Origin: a virus
Lineage: Duplodnaviria; Caudoviricetes
Direction: 5' to 3' (one strand)
IMG/VR virus record: IMGVR_UViG_3300027780_000024
Location: 1-47,376 of that record
Length of the DNA: 47,376 bases
The notes under the pieces: generated by a model
What the model saw: the letters and a program-made list of their open reading frames with translations, nothing else
The model's database searches: none
Told to the model about the DNA's origin: nothing
Translations under genes and position numbers: made by a program
Part shown: positions 1 to 8,720 of the stretch, in pieces
Numbering within the stretch: the first letter of the stretch is position 1
How the letters are laid out: each line of letters starts with the position of its first letter

Positions 1-507
1 CCTAAAGCAGTTGACTTTTATAAACCAAAACAAATAGTAGACTTGTGTGACACTGACGTATACCCTAATGGCGTAGGCACACACTTTGAAAAAACTATAA
101 ACTTTAGTATATACAAGCCACACACAGGTAATATACAATTTAAACATTTGTTTTTAGGCACGAATCCAGAATACTATGCTAGTGTTGAAAGAGTAATTGA
201 TGATTATCCTAATCACGGGATCTTGACATATGACGAAAAGTATGTTAATATAAAGAATAATAATATATTTGTACCTGTGGAGAATCTTATGAGCTTGTTT
301 GAAACTTATGTTTACACAAAAGAAACATTTGACCCTGCACCTCGTATATTCCAAGAGTGCAAGTACTATGGTAAAACTGTAATTTATCGCAGAGACAAAA
401 CACTACAAGATGGAGGCAATGTATACTGGAGACGTGACATTAAAGAACCTAATATACAACCAATTGTAAGTGCTATGGAAACATTTCTCCATAAATATAA
501 TAAGTAG
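1..507 (+). CDS. Hypothetical protein, 5'-truncated; C-terminal part weakly reminiscent of a GT-B glycosyltransferase nucleotide-binding segment
   Basis: Frame is open from base 1 (PKAVDFYKPKQIVDLCDTD...) to TAG at 505-507, so the TTG start at 43 is probably internal; segment FDPAPRIFQECKYYGK loosely resembles the GT4 E-x7-E region. Confidence 0.55.
   Translation, partial: PKAVDFYKPKQIVDLCDTDVYPNGVGTHFEKTINFSIYKPHTGNIQFKHLFLGTNPEYYASVERVIDDYPNHGILTYDEKYVNIKNNNIFVPVENLMSLFETYVYTKETFDPAPRIFQECKYYGKTVIYRRDKTLQDGGNVYWRRDIKEPNIQPIVSAMETFLHKYNK
490..497 (+). promoter_or_regulatory. Putative late promoter motif CATAAATA
   Basis: Same motif as upstream of the gp6-like gene; 19 nt before ATG 517 with AGGA Shine-Dalgarno in between; resembles the T4 late promoter TATAAATA. 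Confidence 0.45.
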
Positions 508-516
508 GAAGAGATT

Positions 517-867
517 ATGAAAATACATCCTAAATGTTTAGCATTTGGTACTAGAGATAACAAAGGAGCGGCATATACGTCAGATGGATTTATGCTTCCT
601 TGTTGTTGGTTAGATGATCCACCAGTTTACAGATACATTATGCAAGCAGGATTGAAAGATCCTAAACTAGCAGTAGAAAACAATATTAGTTTAGAAGAAA
701 TATTTGTGTCTGATACTTGGGAAAACTTTTTCCAAAAATTATTAAACGATCCTGATAACTGTTCCTACATGTGCAAAAAGAAGTGCGGAGTCGACATAGA
801 TGCAGATGCTGTTAGAGCCGAAGAAAGAATCGAAGTTAGGGGGCAAGCTAATGGCTCGGATTACTAA
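517..867 (+). CDS. Stand-alone SPASM/twitch-like Fe-S cluster-binding protein
   Basis: C7...DGFMLPCC...SLEEIF...C-x3-C-x3-C pattern typical of SPASM/twitch auxiliary domains; SD AGGA; stop overlaps the start of the radical SAM gene. Confidence 0.7.
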   Translation: MKIHPKCLAFGTRDNKGAAYTSDGFMLPCCWLDDPPVYRYIMQAGLKDPKLAVENNISLEEIFVSDTWENFFQKLLNDPDNCSYMCKKKCGVDIDADAVRAEERIEVRGQANGSDY

Positions 868-1594
868 TGAGTATGTAAAAATGCAGAAAATATGTCGGCC
901 TAACATTGATGCTTCTCATAGATGTATTTTTAGATGTCCACAATGCATTAGACAAAAAACATCTAGCCAAGAACAAATTAGACGTTCTTTTGATTTAGAA
1001 GAAGATCAATTTAAGAAAATTCTTGATTACTATGATTACGGTATTACATTTTGCGGACAAATTTCCGACCCTATATATCATCCTAAATTTTTAAACTTGC
1101 TTAAAATGTGTGATGGTCAAGGCAAAGCAGTGCGTATTGCTACTGTAGGAAGTGGTAAAAGTGATGAATGGTGGAAAGAAGCATATAGTTACGGCGTAGG
1201 AGAAAATGCCTGGTACTTTGGTGTAGATGGCATTGATCAAAAAAGTGAACTGTACAGAATAGGTAGTGATTTTAATGACGTATGGAAACGTATGAAGCAA
1301 GGCAGAGACAAAGGGCATGTAATTGTTTGGCAATACATTATTTTTGGTTACAATGAACATGAAGTTGATGAAGCAATAGAAATAGCAAAAAAAGAAGATT
1401 TTAGTTTACTCTTTATAAACACAAATAGAGGATTCAATCCAGACAGTCCTCTACTAAGAAAAAATGTAGACTTTCAACTTAAAAGACCAGATAAAAAACA
1501 TTTGCAAGAAAGAGTAAAAAAAGAATACTGGGAACATAAAACAGAGTCACTAGAAAGATGGCATCGATTGCCAAGAAAAGACGGAAGGAAATAG
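851..1594 (+). CDS. Radical SAM protein
   Basis: CxxxCxxC (CIFRCPQC), FCGQISDP (GGEP-equivalent), FGVDG and YR-x-G motifs; ATG 851 preferred to the 800 start, which lies deeper inside the upstream gene. Confidence 0.88.
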   Translation: MARITNEYVKMQKICRPNIDASHRCIFRCPQCIRQKTSSQEQIRRSFDLEEDQFKKILDYYDYGITFCGQISDPIYHPKFLNLLKMCDGQGKAVRIATVGSGKSDEWWKEAYSYGVGENAWYFGVDGIDQKSELYRIGSDFNDVWKRMKQGRDKGHVIVWQYIIFGYNEHEVDEAIEIAKKEDFSLLFINTNRGFNPDSPLLRKNVDFQLKRPDKKHLQERVKKEYWEHKTESLERWHRLPRKDGRK

Positions 1595-1595
1595 T

Positions 1596-2369
1596 ATGAT
1601 ATTTAGAGGACCACGGTCATCCATCAGATGGAAGAATTGTTGGATACTTAGAGGCGGAAATAACGTAAGTACTACACTTCTTTGGGGAGAACAACGTGCA
1701 GCAGTATATGCTGCTGAAGAAAAACAATATAGAAAAAGTAGAAAAAAACTTGGTCCTGATTGGTATTATTACGACAAAAAAATTACATTTGAATATAACA
1801 GTAATGGATTTAGGGCACCGGAATTTGACACTATAGACTGGGCAAACAGCGTAGTAGTATTAGGCGACTCATATACTATGGGTGACGGCAATCCAATTGA
1901 GGATATCGCAACATCCCTCTTACAGGACATGTTAGGAATGCCTGTAATAAATCTAGGTATAAGCGGAACCGGCATTGACCGCAGTTGTTGGAATAGTTTA
2001 ATCTTACATGAAAGCTATCAACACCCAAGAGCAGTAGTTCAACTTTGGTCAAGTATGCATAGATACGCAGAATCGGATGAAGAAACTAACCGAGGTGGCT
2101 ATGAATACTACTTGCCAAGCCGCAAAGGCTTTTGTCCAAACCACAACTGGTCCGAAAGAAATAAAATGTATGTATTAGCTGATAGAGTATTATGGAGAGA
2201 TAAACTTCCTTACTACGAAGCAACTCCGTTTCGTGATACAGCAGAGACATTAGAAATAGATCTTCTAAAAAAAGTTGATAAGGGAAGTGACTTAAAGCAC
2301 TGGGGACGAGAGTCTAACATCATAGCTGCTACAACTATAGCAACAAATTTAAAAAAGCAAGGATTGTAG
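1596..2369 (+). CDS. SGNH/GDSL-like hydrolase or acyltransferase
   Basis: Block I VVLGDSYTMG, block II VINLGISG, C-terminal DxxH (DLKHWG). Confidence 0.75.
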   Translation: MIFRGPRSSIRWKNCWILRGGNNVSTTLLWGEQRAAVYAAEEKQYRKSRKKLGPDWYYYDKKITFEYNSNGFRAPEFDTIDWANSVVVLGDSYTMGDGNPIEDIATSLLQDMLGMPVINLGISGTGIDRSCWNSLILHESYQHPRAVVQLWSSMHRYAESDEETNRGGYEYYLPSRKGFCPNHNWSERNKMYVLADRVLWRDKLPYYEATPFRDTAETLEIDLLKKVDKGSDLKHWGRESNIIAATTIATNLKKQGL

Positions 2370-2370
2370 A

Positions 2371-3444
2371 ATGCCAACATATGATGGCTGGGACCGAGAG
2401 TATCAAGAAAACAAACAAGACTACTTAGATGTTTTTGATCGGTTTATGAGTCAAATGAATTACGAAAATAATGAAGACTTTGAACGTAACTTTGCTGAAC
2501 GTGTAGGACGTAAACATTGTGTTAGTGTAGCAAGTGCTACAGACGCACTACATTTTACATTGTTAGCACACGGTATAGGTGCCGGCGACGAAGTATTAGT
2601 AACAGACTTTAGCTGGATTAGTAGTAGTGCTTGTGCAAGTATGGTAGGTGCTACTCCTGTATTTTGTGATATTGAGTTAGGCACATATCACATTAGCTTA
2701 GATAGCATCAAACGTATGTACAGTGATAAAGTTAAAGCAATTATATATCCGCACTTGTTTGGCAACATGACTGACACTACAAAAATACAACAGTTCTGCA
2801 AAGATAACAATATACTGTTTATTGAAGATGCTGCACAGAGTTTAGGTAGTAGTTTACACGGAATAAAAGCAGGTACTATCGGAGACTGTAGTGTATACAG
2901 TTTTAACAGTAATAAAGTCATTGCTGGTATTAACGGCGGTGGAGTTGTACTAACTGACAACGAAGACATTGCTAAACATGTTAAAATAATTAGGCGTCAT
3001 GGCAAAGATAAAGACTTTAGTATGATAGGTTACAATAGCCGCATGTATGTTCTTAACGCAGAGATTATTAATTTACGCTTGCGACATGCAGAACGCAATC
3101 AAGAACGTAGACAACAAATGGCACATGAATATAATACAGCATTTGCAGACTTACCTGTAGTAACACAAGGAATGTCTAATGGACTTAATCATAACTATCA
3201 CAAATACGTTGTACGATTTGAAGACAAAGACACTAGAAAGCGTGTAAAAACTGGTTTAAACGCTAGTGTACACTACGAAACACCTTTAAGCACAAATACT
3301 ATGTATAACAGCTTAACCAACAGGAGTGACGCTTGTACAGCGTCTAAGACGGCATCTAATACAGTTTTATCGTTGCCTATACATGCTTGGCTTACTGATA
3401 GCGAAATTAACGATGTTATAAAGGTTGTAAAAGATGAAATATAA
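2371..3444 (+). CDS. DegT/DnrJ/EryC1/StrS family PLP-dependent nucleotide-sugar aminotransferase
   Basis: SATDALH, GIGAGDEV, GATPVFCDI, IEDAAQSLG, SFNSNK (PLP lysine), GYNSRM, VLSLPIH motifs. Confidence 0.95.
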   Translation: MPTYDGWDREYQENKQDYLDVFDRFMSQMNYENNEDFERNFAERVGRKHCVSVASATDALHFTLLAHGIGAGDEVLVTDFSWISSSACASMVGATPVFCDIELGTYHISLDSIKRMYSDKVKAIIYPHLFGNMTDTTKIQQFCKDNNILFIEDAAQSLGSSLHGIKAGTIGDCSVYSFNSNKVIAGINGGGVVLTDNEDIAKHVKIIRRHGKDKDFSMIGYNSRMYVLNAEIINLRLRHAERNQERRQQMAHEYNTAFADLPVVTQGMSNGLNHNYHKYVVRFEDKDTRKRVKTGLNASVHYETPLSTNTMYNSLTNRSDACTASKTASNTVLSLPIHAWLTDSEINDVIKVVKDEI

Positions 3445-4111
3445 AAATAAGTTTGGTACTATACACGTTATGAAAGACGGAGATTTGTTTAGAGGAAAAA
3501 CTCTAGCACTTTCTATGTCTGGTGGCGCCGATAGTACTATGCTATGTTACTTACTTGCAAAGACTAGCCAAAGACATAATTTGCAAATTACTATACAGCC
3601 GTATAACGGATACGATACTTGGGCTCCTATAGACTCTGCAAGTGTTCCTAGAATTATAAAGTTTATTCGCAAAAAGTTTCCTGCTGTAGATATACAATGG
3701 CCATTGTCGACTGTGTTTAACACTAATGGCAATCACGCACCTAATGACAAAAATATGTATATTAAACCGTTAATAGACAAACTTGAAGCACACAATGTAG
3801 TAGACGAAGTAATGAACGGAATATCAATGGGGCCGCCGCTTGAAGTCCAACAAACATTTAAAGATTGGGATAACAAAATAAATGTACGAAGATTGCCAGG
3901 ATATCACTTATGGAACGAAGTTGAAAGAGCTATAGATCACCTGTCTCCATTTAAACATGTTGATAAAAGATTTGTAGTGCAATGCTATAAAGATTTTGGT
4001 ATTGAGAAGTTATTAAGGATGACAAACTCGTGTACTGCACCGCAAGGAAACTGTAGCGAATGTTGGTGGTGTCAGGAAAGAAATTGGGCGTTAAATGAAA
4101 CACTTAGGTAG
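3434..4111 (+). CDS. QueC-like PP-loop ATP pyrophosphatase with C-terminal Zn site
   Basis: SMSGGADST PP-loop; PF-x-x-x-DK; TNSC-x6-CxxCxxC-x-ER as in the QueC family; lacks an obvious QueC VPxRN motif. Confidence 0.78.
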   Translation: MKYKNKFGTIHVMKDGDLFRGKTLALSMSGGADSTMLCYLLAKTSQRHNLQITIQPYNGYDTWAPIDSASVPRIIKFIRKKFPAVDIQWPLSTVFNTNGNHAPNDKNMYIKPLIDKLEAHNVVDEVMNGISMGPPLEVQQTFKDWDNKINVRRLPGYHLWNEVERAIDHLSPFKHVDKRFVVQCYKDFGIEKLLRMTNSCTAPQGNCSECWWCQERNWALNETLR

Positions 4112-4119
4112 GAGATGAT

Positions 4120-4839
4120 ATGATAGAAGACTCGTTAGGCAAAAGAAAACACGTTATACATTATGATACAGAGGTGATTCCTACTAAAGAAGAAGTAGAA
4201 GAAATATTGCGTATAGGTTATTCTCTTGCAACATCAAAGCAAAAAGCATATGCATATAAATTTCATGTATTAGGACCAAATAAAGAACGCAGTAAAAAAT
4301 TATATAATATAGCTGAAGGTAGAAAAATTGATGTAGATTTTGAAGCCTATGGCACAACTACAGAATCTGAGAATTACTCTGAAAATTGCGGGCTGTTCCA
4401 TATAATAAGTGCGCCTTATACTTTTCTAATTACGCCTCGTATAGCACCTCCAAACCCGCATTTTAAATACTGGTATGGTTCAACTGGAAGTAAATGGCAA
4501 CTAGCGGATTGGGAATTTATTAACACAAGAAATAGAGAAACAACTGGAATTGACGTTGGGATGGTTGCTAAAGCAATTACCGGAGCTGCGTTGGATAGAG
4601 GCTGGGACGTTTCTTACAATTCTTGTTTTTATAATGATAGAAAAAAGTGGCCTAAATCTATGCCTTTCATAAGTGGGAATACTGGATTTAGACCTATCCT
4701 AATGATGACCTTAGGTAAAGGAAAGAAATACTTTTACGAAAGATTATCAGAAGATGGATCAATCAAAAATGATCCTAAATTTAATACCGATCCTCCATTC
4801 GAAGATATATTTAATTTTTTTGATGAGGAACAATTATGA
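4120..4839 (+). CDS. Nitroreductase-fold flavoprotein, paralogue 1 (divergent)
   Basis: KRKHVIHY...ATSKQ...YKFHV, APY, IDVGM...A...G pattern matching the nitroreductase fold; SD AGGAG. Confidence 0.7.
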   Translation: MIEDSLGKRKHVIHYDTEVIPTKEEVEEILRIGYSLATSKQKAYAYKFHVLGPNKERSKKLYNIAEGRKIDVDFEAYGTTTESENYSENCGLFHIISAPYTFLITPRIAPPNPHFKYWYGSTGSKWQLADWEFINTRNRETTGIDVGMVAKAITGAALDRGWDVSYNSCFYNDRKKWPKSMPFISGNTGFRPILMMTLGKGKKYFYERLSEDGSIKNDPKFNTDPPFEDIFNFFDEEQL

Positions 4840-4893
4840 GTATTGAAGAAATTTTTAGCAAAAGAAGACAAATAAGATCAGCTTGGGATCAAA
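4826..4893 (+). repeat. 68-bp direct repeat A, copy 1 (identical to 5611-5678)
   Basis: aggaacaattatgagtattgaag...gcttgggatcaaa is identical at both sites; covers RBS and first codons. Confidence 0.95.
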
Positions 4894-5594
4894 CAAGACT
4901 GCCTTCAAAAGAAACAATTAAAAATTTGCTAGAAAGAACAATGAAAATTGCACCTTCTAAACAGAATGTATACCCTTTTAAAATACACGCATTTGGTCCT
5001 AATGACAAAAAAGAAAGAAATATAATATCTCAGATATGTTGTTTATTTACTCACGGAGCAGCAAATAACTTTCAAGATGACGAATTAACTAGACAAAAAC
5101 TCGGAGAAACTAATAAAGATGCACCTTGGGTATTAGTATTTGAATTAAGAAAATGTGAGCCTAACACATTTATAAAAGAGCATTCAAGAGAGTTTAACGA
5201 TTGGACAAGATTTACACAAGTTGATGAAAGATTTAGAGAATCTTCAAATAGAACATTAGCTGCTATAGAAGTAGGAATGTTTACAAAGTGTTTAGCGGGA
5301 TTGTGTTTAGAAAATGATCTTGCAATTTCGTATATTAAATCATTTCCCGAATGGACCTGGAAAGGACAGCGAAATGAATACAGTAAGGATATAAACAAAG
5401 TCGGGTTAAGCTGGGATAGTTTACCACAAATTACAGAAGCACCATTATTAGTTGTACAAATTGGCTACAAAGCGGATATGGTAGATTTATTAGCATCAAC
5501 TGTAGAAGTTGACGGAGTTATACATTCAACTAAGGGCGGAGTGTTTCTAGAAGATAAACCGAGCATAGACGAAATAGTGCAATTTAAAGATTGA
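4836..5594 (+). CDS. Nitroreductase-fold flavoprotein, paralogue 2
   Basis: KRRQIR...APSKQNVYPFKIH, APW, IEVGM, QIGY motifs; ATGA overlap with previous gene. Confidence 0.78.
   Translation: MSIEEIFSKRRQIRSAWDQTRLPSKETIKNLLERTMKIAPSKQNVYPFKIHAFGPNDKKERNIISQICCLFTHGAANNFQDDELTRQKLGETNKDAPWVLVFELRKCEPNTFIKEHSREFNDWTRFTQVDERFRESSNRTLAAIEVGMFTKCLAGLCLENDLAISYIKSFPEWTWKGQRNEYSKDINKVGLSWDSLPQITEAPLLVVQIGYKADMVDLLASTVEVDGVIHSTKGGVFLEDKPSIDEIVQFKD
5358..5425 (+). repeat. 68-bp direct repeat B, copy 1 (67/68 identical to 6200-6267)
   Basis: tggaaaggacagcgaaatgaatacagtaag[g/a]atataaacaaagtcgggttaagctgggatagtttacc. Confidence 0.95.
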
Positions 5595-5610
5595 CGAACG
5601 TAGAATTATA

Positions 5611-5678
5611 AGGAACAATTATGAGTATTGAAGAAATTTTTAGCAAAAGAAGACAAATAAGATCAGCTTGGGATCAAA
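5611..5678 (+). repeat. 68-bp direct repeat A, copy 2
   Basis: Identical to 4826-4893. Confidence 0.95.
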
Positions 5679-6415
5679 AAAGATTACCGTCAAAAGAGAC
5701 AATACACGATTTATTAGAACGAACATTAAACATTGCTCCTTCTAAACAAAACTTATATCCATTTAAAATACATGCTTATGGTCCAGACGATTTAGAAAAA
5801 AAAGAAATTATTGGACAAATATGTTCTTTGCATCCAACAGGATCTGTCAATCATATGGATAGCGAAAACAAAAACGGCATGATTAAAACAGAACTAGGAA
5901 ATTTTAATGTTAACGATTACGTACTAGATGACGAAGGCAATGACATGCGTATATCTCCTTGGATATTAGTATTTGAACAGAGGTTGTGCAAGGCAAATAA
6001 CTTCATTAAAGAATATTCTAAATTACATAATATAACAGAAGAAGCTAGATTTACACAAATTGACCCGAAAAGATTTAGAGATCCAACTAATACTAAGCTA
6101 ACCGCTGTTGAAATTGGTATGTTTATAAAATGTTTAGCCGGACTTTGTTTAGAAAACGACTTAGGTATTTCATATATTAAAAGTTTTCCGGAATGGGTTT
6201 GGAAAGGACAGCGAAATGAATACAGTAAGAATATAAACAAAGTCGGGTTAAGCTGGGATAGTTTACCTGAAATTACTGAGTCTCCTATTATGATTGTACA
6301 AATAGGGCATGTAGCCGATGTTTATGATCATTTTACTAGTAATAGTATGAATCCTAATGGTATACACTGGGAAAACAAACCTAATATTGATGATGTAGTA
6401 AGGTTCAACAAGTAA
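5621..6415 (+). CDS. Nitroreductase-fold flavoprotein, paralogue 3
   Basis: Close paralogue of 4836-5594 (first 19 aa identical; APSKQN, VEIGM, QIGH). Confidence 0.78.
   Translation: MSIEEIFSKRRQIRSAWDQKRLPSKETIHDLLERTLNIAPSKQNLYPFKIHAYGPDDLEKKEIIGQICSLHPTGSVNHMDSENKNGMIKTELGNFNVNDYVLDDEGNDMRISPWILVFEQRLCKANNFIKEYSKLHNITEEARFTQIDPKRFRDPTNTKLTAVEIGMFIKCLAGLCLENDLGISYIKSFPEWVWKGQRNEYSKNINKVGLSWDSLPEITESPIMIVQIGHVADVYDHFTSNSMNPNGIHWENKPNIDDVVRFNK
6200..6267 (+). repeat. 68-bp direct repeat B, copy 2
   Basis: One mismatch to 5358-5425 (G5388 vs A6230). Confidence 0.95.
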
Positions 6416-7245
6416 TGGCAATTAAAACACTAGAAGAACTAAAAGGATCTGATTATTTAACTGTTGATTTTTATATGACCAAGTCTTGTAATAAGAGTTG
6501 TCACTATTGTACAGCGTGGACTCTTGAAATGCGTCACTTAACTGTAGACATGGATTTCTTACGCAAGACGGTTAAGTATTTAAGTCCTTATAAAACAAGG
6601 ATCTGCTTGTTAGGTGGAGAACCTGGATTGATTAAAAATCTAGATGAAGTAATTGCTGAAATTAAGAAATATCCAAACCTTGTAGTACAAGTTTTATCTA
6701 ATTCTCTTATTAGAAAATTTTATCCACATGTTTTAGAAGATCCTGAAATAATTTATATAGAACATCTAGTACTTGACTTTTACGAAGACAGAATTGAAAA
6801 GTTAGGCAACTACGACTTCTTTAAAGAAAACAATTTAAATAATTATAACTTAATTATACAAACTCCTGGTTACTACGAGTTTAAAGAGAAACACGACTTA
6901 ACATTTCTTGATCATAAGAATACCGAACTTAAAGAATACAACTCACGGTCACCTACATTTGAAGTTATAGAACAGGCTCCAGAAGTAGAGCGTAGAATGT
7001 GTGCAAGATTTCCATTAGTTCCTGTATTTGATTTTGAAATACAAAAAATTAGACATTGTAGTAGAAAAGTAATTAATGGTTCTCGTCAGTTTGATGTTAC
7101 TGAAGATAACATTGATAAAATGTTTAGTTTTGACTTATTTGATTTTGAAAATTATTGTAAAGTTTGTCCAGACATGATGCCACGGAGACCGGATATACAC
7201 AGAAACAAAGCTATGGATAAATTAATAGAGCGCGGCGAAGTATGA
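6415..7245 (+). CDS. Radical SAM protein with Cys-containing C-terminal extension
   Basis: CNKSCHYC, LLGGEP, LSN motifs; C-terminal C...HC...CxxC (twitch-like). Confidence 0.9.
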   Translation: MAIKTLEELKGSDYLTVDFYMTKSCNKSCHYCTAWTLEMRHLTVDMDFLRKTVKYLSPYKTRICLLGGEPGLIKNLDEVIAEIKKYPNLVVQVLSNSLIRKFYPHVLEDPEIIYIEHLVLDFYEDRIEKLGNYDFFKENNLNNYNLIIQTPGYYEFKEKHDLTFLDHKNTELKEYNSRSPTFEVIEQAPEVERRMCARFPLVPVFDFEIQKIRHCSRKVINGSRQFDVTEDNIDKMFSFDLFDFENYCKVCPDMMPRRPDIHRNKAMDKLIERGEV

Positions 7246-8720
7246 AAATAGTTGCTGCTGCGGTAAACATACACGATCATAATACATATGATGGTATTTT
7301 TCATAATCAAATAGAACGGCATAATAGAAGAAAACACAACCTTAATCGTAAAAATCCTCACGATACTACTTACAGTAGAGAATTTTTTAACGAACATTTT
7401 GTACCTAACTATAATACAGATCGTGTATTTGCATTTACTATCTCTAATTTAGGACAAGAGTTTGTACTAGATTTAATTGAAGAAACACTTCCTGATACAG
7501 ATTTTTTAAAGTTTAATCCAATAAACTTATGGGATAGATTGCATACTAATAGTTACTATTATATTGATCATCATCAGAGTCATGCAGCCTATGCATTTTT
7601 AAGTTCAGGGTATCTTGAATCGGATATTTTAGCAATTGACGGGCGGGGCTGGCAGTTTAATTGTATATTTGTTGACAAACACGGTACAATTACTAACTTA
7701 AACAAAGAAATTTCAATAGGCGGACTGTGGAATAGACTAGCACAGGATATCGGCTTTGGATACCTTGACGCTGGCAAAGTTATGGGATTGGTAGGATTTG
7801 GTAAGTACAATGAAGAAATTTATGCAATGATTCATCAGTATTTAGAAAATCCCAATCACAGATTGCCAGAGGGTGCAAAAGATATTCTACAGCGTGTTAC
7901 TAAAGAAGATGTAGCCTTTACACTACAGCATGTAACAATCGAGCTTGTTAAGAAACATGTATACCCGCTTAAAACATCTGATAATCTGTGTATTGCAGGC
8001 GGTGTTGCATATAACGGTTATATGAATGAGGAATTTACAAAGCATTATACAAATGTTCATGTACCGCCAGCAGTAGGTGATGAAGGCCAATCGCTTGGCA
8101 CGTACATGCATGCTGATTATATTTTAAACAACAATATACACATTCCAGATGTATATGCAGGTAAAGAATATAACTACACAGGCAATACTAAAGTAGACTT
8201 AAAAGAAGTTGCACAAGCTATTGCTGATGGTAAAATTGTTGGGTGGTTTCAAGGCAAAAGCGAAAGCGGTAATAGAGCATTAGGTAACCGTAGCATACTT
8301 GCTGACCCTCGTAATCCCAATATTAAAAATATCATTAACAGTAAAATTAAACTACGTGAAGACTTTCGTCCATTTGCTCCTAGTGTACTAGAAGAACATT
8401 ACAAAGAATACTTTGACACTAATCAACCTAGTCCGTACATGAGTCGTATCATGCCAGTTAAGTCAGATGCTATTCCGGGCGTGACACATGTAGACGGTAC
8501 AGCACGTATACAGACTGTAACTAGAGAGTTTAATGAACGTTATTATGATTTGATTAACGAGTTTTATAAGATTACAAGTGTTCCTATGTTGCTTAACACT
8601 AGCTTCAACTGTCAAGAGCCTATTGTAGAAACACCAGAAGATGCTATTGCTACGTTTAATAAATGCGGATTAGATCTTCTAGTAATCAATAATTATATTA
8701 TAAGGAAAAAAAATGTTTGA
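7242..8720 (+). CDS. Carbamoyltransferase, NodU/CmcH/TobZ family
   Basis: HD, HHQSHAAYAF, IDGRG, GKVMGL, AGGVAYNG, GDEG, RALGNRSILADP, KLREDFRPFAP, HVDGTARIQTV, LLNTSFN motifs. Confidence 0.96.
   Translation: MKIVAAAVNIHDHNTYDGIFHNQIERHNRRKHNLNRKNPHDTTYSREFFNEHFVPNYNTDRVFAFTISNLGQEFVLDLIEETLPDTDFLKFNPINLWDRLHTNSYYYIDHHQSHAAYAFLSSGYLESDILAIDGRGWQFNCIFVDKHGTITNLNKEISIGGLWNRLAQDIGFGYLDAGKVMGLVGFGKYNEEIYAMIHQYLENPNHRLPEGAKDILQRVTKEDVAFTLQHVTIELVKKHVYPLKTSDNLCIAGGVAYNGYMNEEFTKHYTNVHVPPAVGDEGQSLGTYMHADYILNNNIHIPDVYAGKEYNYTGNTKVDLKEVAQAIADGKIVGWFQGKSESGNRALGNRSILADPRNPNIKNIINSKIKLREDFRPFAPSVLEEHYKEYFDTNQPSPYMSRIMPVKSDAIPGVTHVDGTARIQTVTREFNERYYDLINEFYKITSVPMLLNTSFNCQEPIVETPEDAIATFNKCGLDLLVINNYIIRKKNV

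Noticed and set aside
5591-5619. TTGACG as -35 of an internal promoter
   Set aside because: No acceptable -10 at 16-18 nt (AACAAT); TAGAAT is too close
4826-6267. 68-bp repeats as CRISPR repeats or a DGR template/variable pair
   Set aside because: Only two copies of each, both in coding paralogues; no spacers, cas genes or reverse transcriptase; a single mismatch is no evidence of adenine mutagenesis
3434-7245. Canonical queC/queE 7-deazaguanine DNA modification cluster
   Set aside because: No folE, queD or dpdA in the window and neither radical SAM looks specifically QueE-like; cannot be excluded genome-wide
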